Positions 48,554 through 57,999 of a DNA stretch of 64,000 nt are shown piece by piece; within the stretch, counting starts at the first letter, position 1; each line of letters opens with the position of its first letter. The notes below the pieces were generated by a model. The model ran no database searches, was not told where the DNA came from, and worked only from the letters and a program-made list of their open reading frames with translations. The position numbers and the translations under genes were made by a program. Location: NCBI RefSeq assembly GCF_051903065.1, contig NZ_CP178438.1; one strand, given 5' to 3'. This DNA comes from Escherichia coli (GTDB lineage Bacteria > Pseudomonadota > Gammaproteobacteria > Enterobacterales > Enterobacteriaceae).

Positions 48554-49609
48554 TTACGCGCAGATAAAGTCCAGTACGTCCTTCATGCTTCCCTGTTTGT
48601 TCATCACGTCAAAACTTGCGCATTCAGTCTTCTGTTCGTAGACCGTATTCATGTTTTCGCGAAGCGTTGTAATACGCTGCACCGCCACATCTAACTGACG
48701 GGTACCATTAATGGGTTCATAGAAAGCCGCCGCCAGAGAACGCGGTTGATCAGTGCCTTTTTCCGCCAGCGCCCAGGAGGCGTAGGCACGGCTGGCAAAG
48801 CTATTTTGTTTACCGGTTGGGGAAACTTTAAGCGCGGCTTCCGTAAAAGCGCGTATGGTCTGATTAGCTAACGCTTCGTCACCGCCGAGGTTTTCTACCA
48901 GCAGATCTTTATCAATGCAGATATAGGTGTAGAAAAGTGCTGAACCGAATCCGGTTTCTCCGAGATGCCCGGCACCGGCATCTTCAGAGGCCTGGCGCAA
49001 ATCATCAACGGCGGTGAAAAAATCATCTTCGACAATCGTTTCACTGACACCAAACGCATGCGCGACCTGGCAGGCGGCTTCAACATTAAACTCAGGTTTA
49101 TTCGCCAGCATACGACCAAACATAGCGATATCTACCGCTATACGGTCTTTACGTAACAACGCGAGATCTTCCTCTTTTGGCGCGCGCTTTTCTTCTGCCA
49201 GTTGATGGGCCAGCGCTTTTACGGCGTCAAATTCTGCCGGGCTGATATGAACTAATTGTTCAGTTTCGGCGTTAGTGAGCGGATCTTTTGGTTTTTTGTC
49301 GTTTTTAGCTTTCCCAAGATAATCTGCAATTTTTGCCGCCCATTCGATGGCTTTTTTCTCTTCGATTCCTTTCTCAATCAGGATAGTTGCCGCCTCACGC
49401 GCAATTCGCCCACTGCGAATACCAATATGGCCCGCCAGTGCCTGTTCAAAAAGTGCAGAAGTGCGCCACGCACGTTTCAGACTTTGTGAGGAAACGCGCA
49501 GACGCGTTGCACCACCCAGTACCACAGTTTTTGGCGCACCAGTATCATCACGGTTAAGGTTGGCAGCAGGGTAAGCGGTTAACAAATGAAGCTGAATAAA
49601 TGTTGTCAT
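48554..49609 (-). CDS. casC: Cas7e (CasC) Cascade backbone subunit
   Basis: 351 aa; N-terminus MTTFIQLHLLTAYPAANLNRDD. Confidence 0.9.
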   Translation of the reverse strand: MTTFIQLHLLTAYPAANLNRDDTGAPKTVVLGGATRLRVSSQSLKRAWRTSALFEQALAGHIGIRSGRIAREAATILIEKGIEEKKAIEWAAKIADYLGKAKNDKKPKDPLTNAETEQLVHISPAEFDAVKALAHQLAEEKRAPKEEDLALLRKDRIAVDIAMFGRMLANKPEFNVEAACQVAHAFGVSETIVEDDFFTAVDDLRQASEDAGAGHLGETGFGSALFYTYICIDKDLLVENLGGDEALANQTIRAFTEAALKVSPTGKQNSFASRAYASWALAEKGTDQPRSLAAAFYEPINGTRQLDVAVQRITTLRENMNTVYEQKTECASFDVMNKQGSMKDVLDFICA

Positions 49610-49620
49610 GAGATAGTCCT

Positions 49621-50160
49621 TTATTGATTTTGTTCGTTATCGGCGTCGCCAGCCTGGTAATATTCCAGCGCCCAGCGGATACGGATAAATTCGGTTGGCC
49701 GCTGCTGGCGGCGGTGATGATTGAGCAGGTCGTCGCTCTCCTGACACCAGCGGAAAATATCGTCTGCCAAAGAGATAAGATTGACGGAACCGTTTAATAA
49801 TTTGACTGCGCGTCGTAACTGGCGCAGTAATTCATCCGGCGTTTTTACTGCCGACAGGCAAGTAAAACGCCCCTCTGACATTACCGCCGCCAGCTGTGCG
49901 GCAAAAGGCTGCCGTTCATCAATGGCTTTAACATTGGCGGCAACGGCGGCGACCAGTGCCAGTGCGGTAAAACGCCACTCTTGTGCTTCAATTTTCCACA
50001 AAGTGTGGGTCTGCATCAGCAGAGAACGAAACCCTTCTGACAAGCAAACATCATTAACCGTTGTGCTACGCCGCAGACTGGCACGATTGCCGCGTTTAGC
50101 CTGCAACTCTTCGTGCCATTTACGCAGCGTGGCTTTGTGCCCGTCTTTTACAATACTCAT
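49621..50160 (-). CDS. casB: Cse2 (CasB) Cascade small subunit
   Basis: 179 aa; position between cse1 and cas7; 4-nt overlap with cse1 stop. Confidence 0.85.
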   Translation of the reverse strand: MSIVKDGHKATLRKWHEELQAKRGNRASLRRSTTVNDVCLSEGFRSLLMQTHTLWKIEAQEWRFTALALVAAVAANVKAIDERQPFAAQLAAVMSEGRFTCLSAVKTPDELLRQLRRAVKLLNGSVNLISLADDIFRWCQESDDLLNHHRRQQRPTEFIRIRWALEYYQAGDADNEQNQ

Positions 50161-51719
50161 TCAGCAGCCTCCTGCTTTTTCTCCCTGGCGGCTTTAGCAC
50201 TTTGCTTCTCCGCCGATGTTGTAAAATATTTTTTGCGCGCGGTCATGACGCGTTTTAAATCAACGGGCTCATAAGGATTGGTGAATACACGCTCGTCAAA
50301 ATCCTGACGCGAGAATAACCAAATCTCCTTATTCCATTTGCTGAGTAATTCATCCGCATCCTGACCTTCTTCAATTTGGCGCACTAACCTCAGGAAGCGA
50401 TGCTGAGTTTTGTTCCAGAAGTCGATATCCACAAAACTGAAATCACCCCGTGCACCTTTTGGATCGGAGAACCATGCTTCTTTCAATGCACTCCGTAACA
50501 GACTTAGAATGCGTGAAGCCGTTTGCGCAGCCAGCCGCAGTTTCGGTATCTGGCCTTCTTTTTTATTGAGCAGCAGCGGGAAACGGTGTTCGTACCAACA
50601 GCGGGCTTTCATGTTGTCGAAATCATAGCCAAATCCCCATAGGCCTACTTTTGCCTGCTTGAGACTGCTGGCATTAAAGAGTTTCACCACCAGAGCGGGA
50701 AGTTCCGTATTGTTTTCTGACTTACCCGTTTCGATAAGGCCTAACCAGTCGCGCCAAATTAAACCGCCTGGTTGTGGTTTAACTGAGTAAAACTCGCCAC
50801 CCTCTTTAAGTGGTACACGGTAAGGCGTTAATGGATGCTGCCACATGGCATAATTCGCACCGTAATTTTTGGTCGTCATCAGGCTCAGAAGCGCGTCGTC
50901 CTGCTCACCGCAAATATCGCAGTTGCCGACTGTCGTGGTATTAAAATCAATACGAATACGCCGCGGCATTCCCCAGTACGCCTGGAGTTTATTGACCTGA
51001 TCATCGGTTACCACCGCACCGGCCAGTTCGCTGGTACGCGTCGGGCCAAGCCAGGGGAAAACCAGATCGTCAAATTTTTTGGGTAGCGGTAAGTCGGCTT
51101 CATCCTGCGGCATCACGTTGAGCCACAGTTTGCGCCACAAGGGGGCTTGTTGATTGCCCTGATACTCCTGCAATTCAATCAGAGTCGTCATCGGCCCACC
51201 GCCGCGTAAACCGGTTCGGTAGCCTTTGCCGCCTGACGGTGCATTTAACTGTAGGGAGAACAGAGCTAACGCGGAACAATGAGGGCATACGTGTTCAGTC
51301 ACGCCACGCTTAATAAAGTGGTCTTTATTAAACTTCGTTGTTTGAGCGCCGGGAATCTCAGGCAGTAATGAAGCAACCTGAACTTTATCTCCCGTGAGCG
51401 CCTCGAAATCCTGCATAAATGAAGGGGAATCTGGCCCAAACTGGAAAGCATGTTCTAAAGACAGCAATGCTTCCCGTAGCTTTTCGGCTTCCAGTCCGTC
51501 TTGCCAGATATCATCCCAACGACCATGATTTTTGGGCGCGAAACTGGTTTGTAGTAGCCCCAGTAAAAACTGCCATGCTGCTCCCTGGAGATCTGCTCGT
51601 GGCGCAGCGATATCGACAACATTTTCATCAGCCAGATCGACTGGCGCCAGTTTGCCTGTCGTTCCGTCTTTAAAACGAACGGGCAACCACGGGGTTGTCA
51701 GAAGTGAAAACGAGTTCAT
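50157..51719 (-). CDS. casA: Cse1 (CasA) Cascade large subunit
   Basis: ORF 50157..51725; start preferred at MNSFSLLTTPWLPV (ATG 51719, 6-nt spacing from GAGAGG); 520 aa. Confidence 0.88.
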   Translation of the reverse strand: MNSFSLLTTPWLPVRFKDGTTGKLAPVDLADENVVDIAAPRADLQGAAWQFLLGLLQTSFAPKNHGRWDDIWQDGLEAEKLREALLSLEHAFQFGPDSPSFMQDFEALTGDKVQVASLLPEIPGAQTTKFNKDHFIKRGVTEHVCPHCSALALFSLQLNAPSGGKGYRTGLRGGGPMTTLIELQEYQGNQQAPLWRKLWLNVMPQDEADLPLPKKFDDLVFPWLGPTRTSELAGAVVTDDQVNKLQAYWGMPRRIRIDFNTTTVGNCDICGEQDDALLSLMTTKNYGANYAMWQHPLTPYRVPLKEGGEFYSVKPQPGGLIWRDWLGLIETGKSENNTELPALVVKLFNASSLKQAKVGLWGFGYDFDNMKARCWYEHRFPLLLNKKEGQIPKLRLAAQTASRILSLLRSALKEAWFSDPKGARGDFSFVDIDFWNKTQHRFLRLVRQIEEGQDADELLSKWNKEIWLFSRQDFDERVFTNPYEPVDLKRVMTARKKYFTTSAEKQSAKAAREKKQEAAE

Positions 51720-52115
51720 ACGCATCCTCTCGTAGAAAAGACCATCCCTGGTCGGTTGTCCATCACCATATTTTCAGATTTAGTTGGAGACTTAATCTGA
51801 GTCGGATAAAAGAAAAGACGTTGAATGTGATACGAAAATCGAACTTAGTTTGTCGTTTTGAAAGCAGACTTAGCACAAGTTGAAGCAAAAAAATCGACAA
51901 CATCGTAGTCCTCTTCACCGCAGCTTTTCACCGGTCACGAAAATACGCCTTGTAACGGTGTGACTCAACTCCGGATCCGGACATTATTTAAAATCTTTGT
52001 TTCTCATTAACTCATAGCAATTACCCATCTATCATAATCACAATAGCATTGATAAAATAAATCCATTCCCTGATTCTAGGGATTAACCAAGTTAGTGAGA
52101 TACAAAAATTGGTTC

Positions 52116-52144
52116 CTGTTCCCCGCGTCAGCGGGGATAAGCCC
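52116..52144 (+). repeat. Solitary CRISPR-repeat-like element in the cas3-cse1 intergenic region
   Basis: + strand CTGTTCCCCGCGTCAGCGGGGATAAGCCC matches the crRNA-sense repeat GTGTTCCCCGCGCCAGCGGGGATAAACCG at 25/29 with the stem intact; orientation is opposite to the array; followed by a perfect 10-bp hairpin at 52142-52165 that abuts the cas3 stop. Confidence 0.8.
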
Positions 52145-52169
52145 TGGCGTCATCCGACGCCAGGGCATC

Positions 52170-54869
52170 TCAATCAACCTTGCCAATCAATCCTTCCGTA
52201 GCCGAATACCCGCAGCTTTCGTCATCGGTGACTAAAATCACGTTTGCCATCTCCGGATCTTGCCGTTGTTCAATGCACCACTGCCTGAACGCTTCCCCTT
52301 CCAGTAAAGAAAATTCATCCCGATGTTTTTTCCACCAGCTTCGACGCACTCTGGCAACGCTCATTTCCCATGCGTGAGCACCGCTGGCATAAGGCTTCAC
52401 CACACCGTCAATACAGGTAGCCAGCCACAGGGAAACAGACTCTTCAGCCAGACGTGTCGACAGCTTTTCCGGGAGGTAATCGTTGATATTGGCGGCATAG
52501 CCGGGCCTGAAGTTCAGCATAAACTTTTTAGCCATTGCGCGATCGCAGTAATATTTGCCCACTTGCTCCTGCTCGCTGCGGGCAAATCCTTCCGGCATTA
52601 CCACGTCCTCACCGTAGACGGATTCAATAAGAAGCCGGGCTGCGTGTGGCATCTGAATAGCGCCTTGCTCACGCAATACTCGCTGCGTCAGCCAGATTCG
52701 CCCATGATCGGGGTAGACATATGCGCTGTTACGCATCGCACTACCAAACCATTCGTCACCCGGAGAGTCGTCCCAGACGGGGGCCAGAATCAGCAATTCA
52801 GGAGGGGAACGCTCGTCTTTTCCATCACGTTTTAACTGACCATTAATATCACGAATATGCCGTTGTAATCGCCCCGCTCGCTGGATCAGCAAATCAATGG
52901 GGGCCAGGTCGGAGATCATTTCGTCCAGGTCAATATCCACACTTTGCTCAATTACTTGTGTACAAACAATGACTTGAGATGATCTTTTTAAACTACAATT
53001 TTTACCAAAGCGTGCCAGCGTTTCCGTTTCAATTCGCTGGCGATCGCTAAAAGCAAAGCGGCTATGAAAAAGTGAAAGGCTGGAAGCAGGAATGACGCCG
53101 CGGGCAAGTAACTGACGATAAACCTTAATAGCGTCATCGACAGAATTCCGGATCCAGGCGATGCATTTCCCCTGACTTACCGCTGATTCGATACGCGCAA
53201 TACATTCTTGTTCGCTATGAAGCCAACCCACGCTCACGCTACGCTCAACGTCTTTGCGCGTCGCTACCCGGTGCGAATGCACATCGGATTTCGTGACATG
53301 CGTCAGCCAGGGGTAATCATCCTTTTCTAGGAACGGAGCTTCTTGCTGGCCCTCTGTGCCACGCGCAAAGGCGGCGACAAGTTTGTCGCGCTGCTGTTGA
53401 GATAACGTAGCAGAAAGCAAAATGACGCTGTTTCCGCCACGCACCTGTCGCTCAATCAACCCTTCAAGAATGTACGACATGTAAGCGTCACAGGCGTGGA
53501 TCTCATCAGCCAGCAGGATTTTGTTACTCAACCCCAGAAGCCGCAGATTATTATGTTTAAACGGCATCACTGCCATCATCGCCTGATCCAGCGTGCCGAC
53601 GCCAATTTCAGCCAGTAAAGCCTTCTTGTTACTGTCGGCAAACCAGGCTGCACATCCTTGACTGAACGCTTGTTCATCCGGTTCTTCTGACCCGACTAAA
53701 TCACCGGACCAGAGTGATTCATTAAAGCGTTCCATTAATGTACGGGCGCTGTGTGCCAGCACCAGGCTGGGGCGGGATTCTGGCGAAAAGAAAGCAAGCC
53801 AGGTTTTGACCAGCCGATCGTACATGGCATTGGCCGTTGCCATTGTTGGCAGGCCAAAAAACAAACCCTGAGCTTTATTCTCAGCCATCAACCTGTGCGC
53901 CAGGATAAGCGCCGCTTCTGTTTTACCTGCGCCAGTCACATCTTCCAGAATAAATAACTGTGGCCCTGGCTGGCTGATATCCAGATCCAGTACCTTTTGC
54001 TGTAATGGTGTCGGGTGCTCAATAAAAGGAAACAGCGTATTAATTCCGGTGAAAGGTGCGGTTTCTGCTTTTGGAGGAAAGACGGTTAAGGCGTTTTGAG
54101 CCTGAACTAAAGTTTTCTGCCAGTAATCTTTAATATTCATTGTCTGTGCGACGCGTGGAAAAAATCGCGTTGACGAACCCGTCCAGTCTGCGAGTACGAC
54201 TGTTGCAGAGATATACCAGGAAAGTTGTTTTAAAAGTTCAACGCCCTCGTCATCATCCCAGAATGTGGGAATCTCTATGAGCGGAAACAGTGACTTGATT
54301 TCAAGGAGAAAATCTCGTGCGGCAGCTTTGTCTTCAGGCAGGAAATTATCCAGTTCATCAATACGGTCAGGGGGCCGACCATGATGCCCGGTAGTCATGG
54401 GCATCCACATCGCTATTACACGTTTAAGTTTGCGAGTAGAGAGTGAAGAGGCAGGAAGCAATTCTTCGCATTCACTTAAATAATGATGCCACAACCAGTA
54501 GCCCAGCGTTGAATGAGAGATCTTTTCGTAATTCTTTCTTGCGCCTTCCGGAACCTTGAGTTGTGGGTGCAGGTAAAGTTGCTGAAATGAGCGGGCAAAT
54601 TTTCCAATATCGTGCCAGCACAACAACCAGGCGAAAAATTGAGCCGCCTGTTCCTTGTCAGAAATCCCTAATTGACGAAAATAATCAGCCAGCCCGAAGC
54701 AATTTCTTTTAACCATTAAATAGCCCATCGCGGCCACATCCAGCGAATGCCAGCAAAGAAGGTGATAGTCGTCACCCCCTTCTTTCTCGTCGCGTCGGGT
54801 TTTTCCCCAGAAATCAAAGAAAGTCACAATATTTTTATCCTTCAGTAAACTTAAAGGATATTTACGCAT
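52170..54869 (-). CDS. cas3: Cas3 HD nuclease / SF2 helicase (type I-E)
   Basis: 899 aa; N-terminal HD motifs (LLCWHSLDV, WHDIGKF), helicase Walker A GAGKTEAAL and DEIHA box; highly AT-rich upstream region. Confidence 0.92.
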   Translation of the reverse strand: MRKYPLSLLKDKNIVTFFDFWGKTRRDEKEGGDDYHLLCWHSLDVAAMGYLMVKRNCFGLADYFRQLGISDKEQAAQFFAWLLCWHDIGKFARSFQQLYLHPQLKVPEGARKNYEKISHSTLGYWLWHHYLSECEELLPASSLSTRKLKRVIAMWMPMTTGHHGRPPDRIDELDNFLPEDKAAARDFLLEIKSLFPLIEIPTFWDDDEGVELLKQLSWYISATVVLADWTGSSTRFFPRVAQTMNIKDYWQKTLVQAQNALTVFPPKAETAPFTGINTLFPFIEHPTPLQQKVLDLDISQPGPQLFILEDVTGAGKTEAALILAHRLMAENKAQGLFFGLPTMATANAMYDRLVKTWLAFFSPESRPSLVLAHSARTLMERFNESLWSGDLVGSEEPDEQAFSQGCAAWFADSNKKALLAEIGVGTLDQAMMAVMPFKHNNLRLLGLSNKILLADEIHACDAYMSYILEGLIERQVRGGNSVILLSATLSQQQRDKLVAAFARGTEGQQEAPFLEKDDYPWLTHVTKSDVHSHRVATRKDVERSVSVGWLHSEQECIARIESAVSQGKCIAWIRNSVDDAIKVYRQLLARGVIPASSLSLFHSRFAFSDRQRIETETLARFGKNCSLKRSSQVIVCTQVIEQSVDIDLDEMISDLAPIDLLIQRAGRLQRHIRDINGQLKRDGKDERSPPELLILAPVWDDSPGDEWFGSAMRNSAYVYPDHGRIWLTQRVLREQGAIQMPHAARLLIESVYGEDVVMPEGFARSEQEQVGKYYCDRAMAKKFMLNFRPGYAANINDYLPEKLSTRLAEESVSLWLATCIDGVVKPYASGAHAWEMSVARVRRSWWKKHRDEFSLLEGEAFRQWCIEQRQDPEMANVILVTDDESCGYSATEGLIGKVD

Positions 54870-55061
54870 ATTTTAAAAATTATCTGTGATATATATCAGC
54901 CAATAAAACATTTATATTGTGAATAAATTTATGATTTTCATTTGAAATTCATAATAATAAATAGAGACAATATATTCACATAAAAAATATAAATTTAAAA
55001 AAGGGTGCAGGAGACCAAACCATCACAATTCAATACGCGGGGTTTTACCCCCGCGTGGTGG

Positions 55062-55214
55062 CTACTTCTTCGATTCGTAAGCGAGAACAGCCTTAAACTC
55101 CATACCACGTTCTCTGATACTCAACTCACACAACGAGTCACCTACCATCAGCGTGAATCCCAGTACTGTACAACACAGTACGATGATTGCCACAAGGGCA
55201 TATTTTGTCAGCAT
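55062..55214 (-). CDS. Hok/Gef-family type I toxin (50 aa), HokE-like
   Basis: Not in ORF track (too short). ATG 55214 after GGGAGG; translation [50 protein letters not shown] with the Hok signature SLCE..R.G.E..A.LAYES.K; stem-loop GCGGGGGTAAAACCCCGC just downstream (55036-55055). Confidence 0.7.
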   Translation of the reverse strand: MLTKYALVAIIVLCCTVLGFTLMVGDSLCELSIRERGMEFKAVLAYESKK

Positions 55215-55478
55215 GTCTTGCCTCCCTGCAAAGAAGAGACTAACATTCGAATTGCTTAGGTTCGAACGCTGGCCTCAGGTTGATAGAAATATCGCCTGGG
55301 GCTTTTGTCCATCTGGAACCTCGCGAATGCTTAACGCCAGACAGCCTCAAGCACCCAACACCATTCTATACCTGTTAATTCTTCCAGCGGCGTTCACGTT
55401 TAAAATCAGGAATGCTGCTCGCAAAATAAAAACGCCCCCATCATTTCTGACAGAGGCGTTTAATTTATCCGGCAATAT

Positions 55479-56213
55479 TTACCCTTCGTGTAACCCACAT
55501 TCCCTTTTTAAGCCAAAGAAACGCGTTTCTTCTTCAGCCATGCCGGGTTCCCATTTACGGGTTGTATGGGTATCACCAACCGATAAATATCCTTCATCCC
55601 ATAATGGGTGATATTTAAGGCCATGTTTTTGCAGGTACTGATAAATAGTTCGGTTATCCCAGTCGATAATCGGCAGCACTTTAAATACGCCACGCTGAAT
55701 TGCCAGCACCGGTAAATTGGCGCGGCTGCCGGATTGTTCGCGGCGCAGGCCAGCAAACCACGTTTGCGCGTTAAGTTCTTTCAGCGCCCGGTTCATCGGT
55801 TCGACTTTGTTGATGTCATTGTACTTTTCAATGCCTTCAACGCCCTGTTCCCACAGTTTTCCGTAGCGTGCTTCCTGCCAGGCTGCGCTTTCGGTAGCAC
55901 GGTACACTTTCAGGTTGAGCTTGAGTTTGTCCGTTAACTCGTCAATAAAGCGGTAGGTTTCCGGGAACAAGTAACCGGTATCGGTGAGGATCACTGGAAT
56001 ATCCGGGCGAATCTGATTCACCAGATGCAGGCTCACCGCCGCCTGAATGCCGAAGCTGGAAGAAAGCACATATTCACCGGGCAGATTATCCAGCGCCCAG
56101 GCTACGCGGCCTTCAGCGTCCAGTTTTTCCAGTTGGGCGTTAGTTTCTGCCAGCGCCAGAATGCGATCTACCTTCGGCAGTTCGTTCAGGGCGTTTAGAT
56201 CGAGTTTGGGCAT
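55479..56213 (-). CDS. cysH: Phosphoadenosine phosphosulfate (PAPS) reductase
   Basis: ORF 55479..56366; start at [14 protein letters not shown] (ATG 56213, 244 aa); C-terminal ECGLH motif. Confidence 0.93.
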   Translation of the reverse strand: MPKLDLNALNELPKVDRILALAETNAQLEKLDAEGRVAWALDNLPGEYVLSSSFGIQAAVSLHLVNQIRPDIPVILTDTGYLFPETYRFIDELTDKLKLNLKVYRATESAAWQEARYGKLWEQGVEGIEKYNDINKVEPMNRALKELNAQTWFAGLRREQSGSRANLPVLAIQRGVFKVLPIIDWDNRTIYQYLQKHGLKYHPLWDEGYLSVGDTHTTRKWEPGMAEEETRFFGLKRECGLHEG

Positions 56214-56234
56214 AGATTCCTCACTGTTTGCCTT

Positions 56235-56272
56235 GCCTGATGCGACGCTCACGCGTCTTATCAGGCCTACAA
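56235..56272. repeat. REP element between cysI and cysH
   Basis: GCCTGATGCGACGCTCACGCGTCTTATCAGGCCTACAAG. Confidence 0.7.
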
Positions 56273-56286
56273 GACCGGGCTGATGG

Positions 56287-57999
56287 TTAATCCCACAAAT
56301 CGCGCGCCGGATCGAGCACCGGGCGAATGATGCCCGCACGCACCGTAAAGTCGCCGAAGCCTTCACCCGCTTCGCGCTCTTTCGCCCAGCGCCCTATCAG
56401 TTCATCAAGCGACGCCAGGATTTCCGGCTCGGTGATGTTTTCTTTATACATCCGTGGGATACGTGTCCCAATACGGTTGCCGCCAAGATGCAGGTTGTAG
56501 CGACCCGGCGCTTTACCCACCAGGCCCACTTCCGCCAGCATCGCGCGACCACAACCGTTCGGGCAGCCTGTTACACGCATCACGATATGCTCATCGCTAA
56601 CACCATGTTTCGCCATTAAATTATCGATGTTGTCGATAAAAGACGGTAGGAAACGCTCCGCTTCCGCCATCGCCAGCGGGCAAGTCGGGAACGAGACGCA
56701 GGCCATTGAGTTTTCACGCTGCGGCGTGACGGCATTCATTAACCCGCTCTCTTTGGCGATCTTCTCGATCTTCGCTTTCTCGCTTTCCGGCACACCGGCG
56801 ATGATCAGATTCTGGTTCGCCGTAATGCGGAAATCACCTTTGTGGATCTTCGCGATCTCCAGCAGGCCGGTTTTCAGCGGACGCCCCGGATAATCAAGGA
56901 TGCGACCATTTTCGATAAACAGCGTCAGGTGCCAGTTATCATCAATGCCCTTAACCCAGCCAATACGATCTCCGCGTCCGGTGAACTCATACGGACGGAT
57001 CGGTTCAAATTTGATCCCCGCGCGACGCTCCACTTCCGCTTTAAACGTCTCAACCCCCACGCGCTCCAGCGTGTATTTGGTTTTGGCATTTTTACGATCG
57101 GTTCGGTTACCCCAGTCACGCTGAGTTGTCACGACGGCTTCCGCCACCGCTAGCGTATGCTCTAGCGGCAGATAGCCAAACTCACTCGCGGTGCGGGCGT
57201 AGGTTTTCTTGTTGCCGTGTTCGATGGAAAGCCCACCGCCCACCAACAGGTTAAAGCCCACCAGCTTGCCGTTTTCGGCGATCGCCACGAAGTTCATGTC
57301 GTTGGCGTGCAGATCGATATCGTTCTGTGGCGGGATCACTACCGTGGTTTTGAATTTACGCGGCAGGTAGGTCTGGCCGAGGATCGGTTCTTCATCAGTG
57401 GTGGCGACTTTTTCCTGATCGAGCCAGATCTCCGCATACGCGCGGGTACGCGGCAGCAGATGTTCAGAGATTTTCTTCGCCCATTCATACGCTTCCGCGT
57501 GTAGCTGCGACTCGTAAGGGTTCGAGGTGCAGAGTACGTTACGGTTCATGTCGTTAGCGGTCGCCAGCGCATCAAGACCAACCGAGTGCAGCATCTGGTG
57601 CACCGGTTTGACGTTCTTTTTCAGAATGCCGTGGAACTGAAACGTCTGGCGGTTGGTCAGGCGAATGCTGCCATAGATGGTGTTTTCACCGGCAAATTTG
57701 TCTATCGCCTGCCACTGTTTAGTGGTAATCACCCCACCCGGCAGACGGCAGCGCAACAGCATCGCGTGGCGCGGCTCCAGCTTCTGTTCAGCACGTTCGG
57801 CGCGGATGTCGCGGTCATCCTGCTGATACATGCCGTGGAAGCGGATCAGCAGGAAGTTGTCGCCCTTAAAGCCGCCGGTCAGACCGTCGTTTAAATCTTC
57901 CGCAATGGTGCCGCGCAGGTAGTTGCTTTCAAGCTTCATGCGCTCGGCGTCTGTCAGTTTTCCTTCGACCACTAAAGGCCCTGGATGTTTTTCGCTCAT
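56287..57999 (-). CDS. cysI: Sulfite reductase hemoprotein subunit
   Basis: 570 aa; siroheme/Fe-S motifs CPNGCGR and CVSFPTC. Confidence 0.95.
   Translation of the reverse strand: MSEKHPGPLVVEGKLTDAERMKLESNYLRGTIAEDLNDGLTGGFKGDNFLLIRFHGMYQQDDRDIRAERAEQKLEPRHAMLLRCRLPGGVITTKQWQAIDKFAGENTIYGSIRLTNRQTFQFHGILKKNVKPVHQMLHSVGLDALATANDMNRNVLCTSNPYESQLHAEAYEWAKKISEHLLPRTRAYAEIWLDQEKVATTDEEPILGQTYLPRKFKTTVVIPPQNDIDLHANDMNFVAIAENGKLVGFNLLVGGGLSIEHGNKKTYARTASEFGYLPLEHTLAVAEAVVTTQRDWGNRTDRKNAKTKYTLERVGVETFKAEVERRAGIKFEPIRPYEFTGRGDRIGWVKGIDDNWHLTLFIENGRILDYPGRPLKTGLLEIAKIHKGDFRITANQNLIIAGVPESEKAKIEKIAKESGLMNAVTPQRENSMACVSFPTCPLAMAEAERFLPSFIDNIDNLMAKHGVSDEHIVMRVTGCPNGCGRAMLAEVGLVGKAPGRYNLHLGGNRIGTRIPRMYKENITEPEILASLDELIGRWAKEREAGEGFGDFTVRAGIIRPVLDPARDLWD

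Noticed and set aside
52142-52165. Considered the perfect 10-bp hairpin after the cas3 stop as a simple rho-independent terminator
   Set aside because: No U-run follows directly on either strand; a T-run appears on the cas3 strand only after the adjacent repeat-like hairpin, so the terminator assignment is left open and the element is reported with the solitary repeat.
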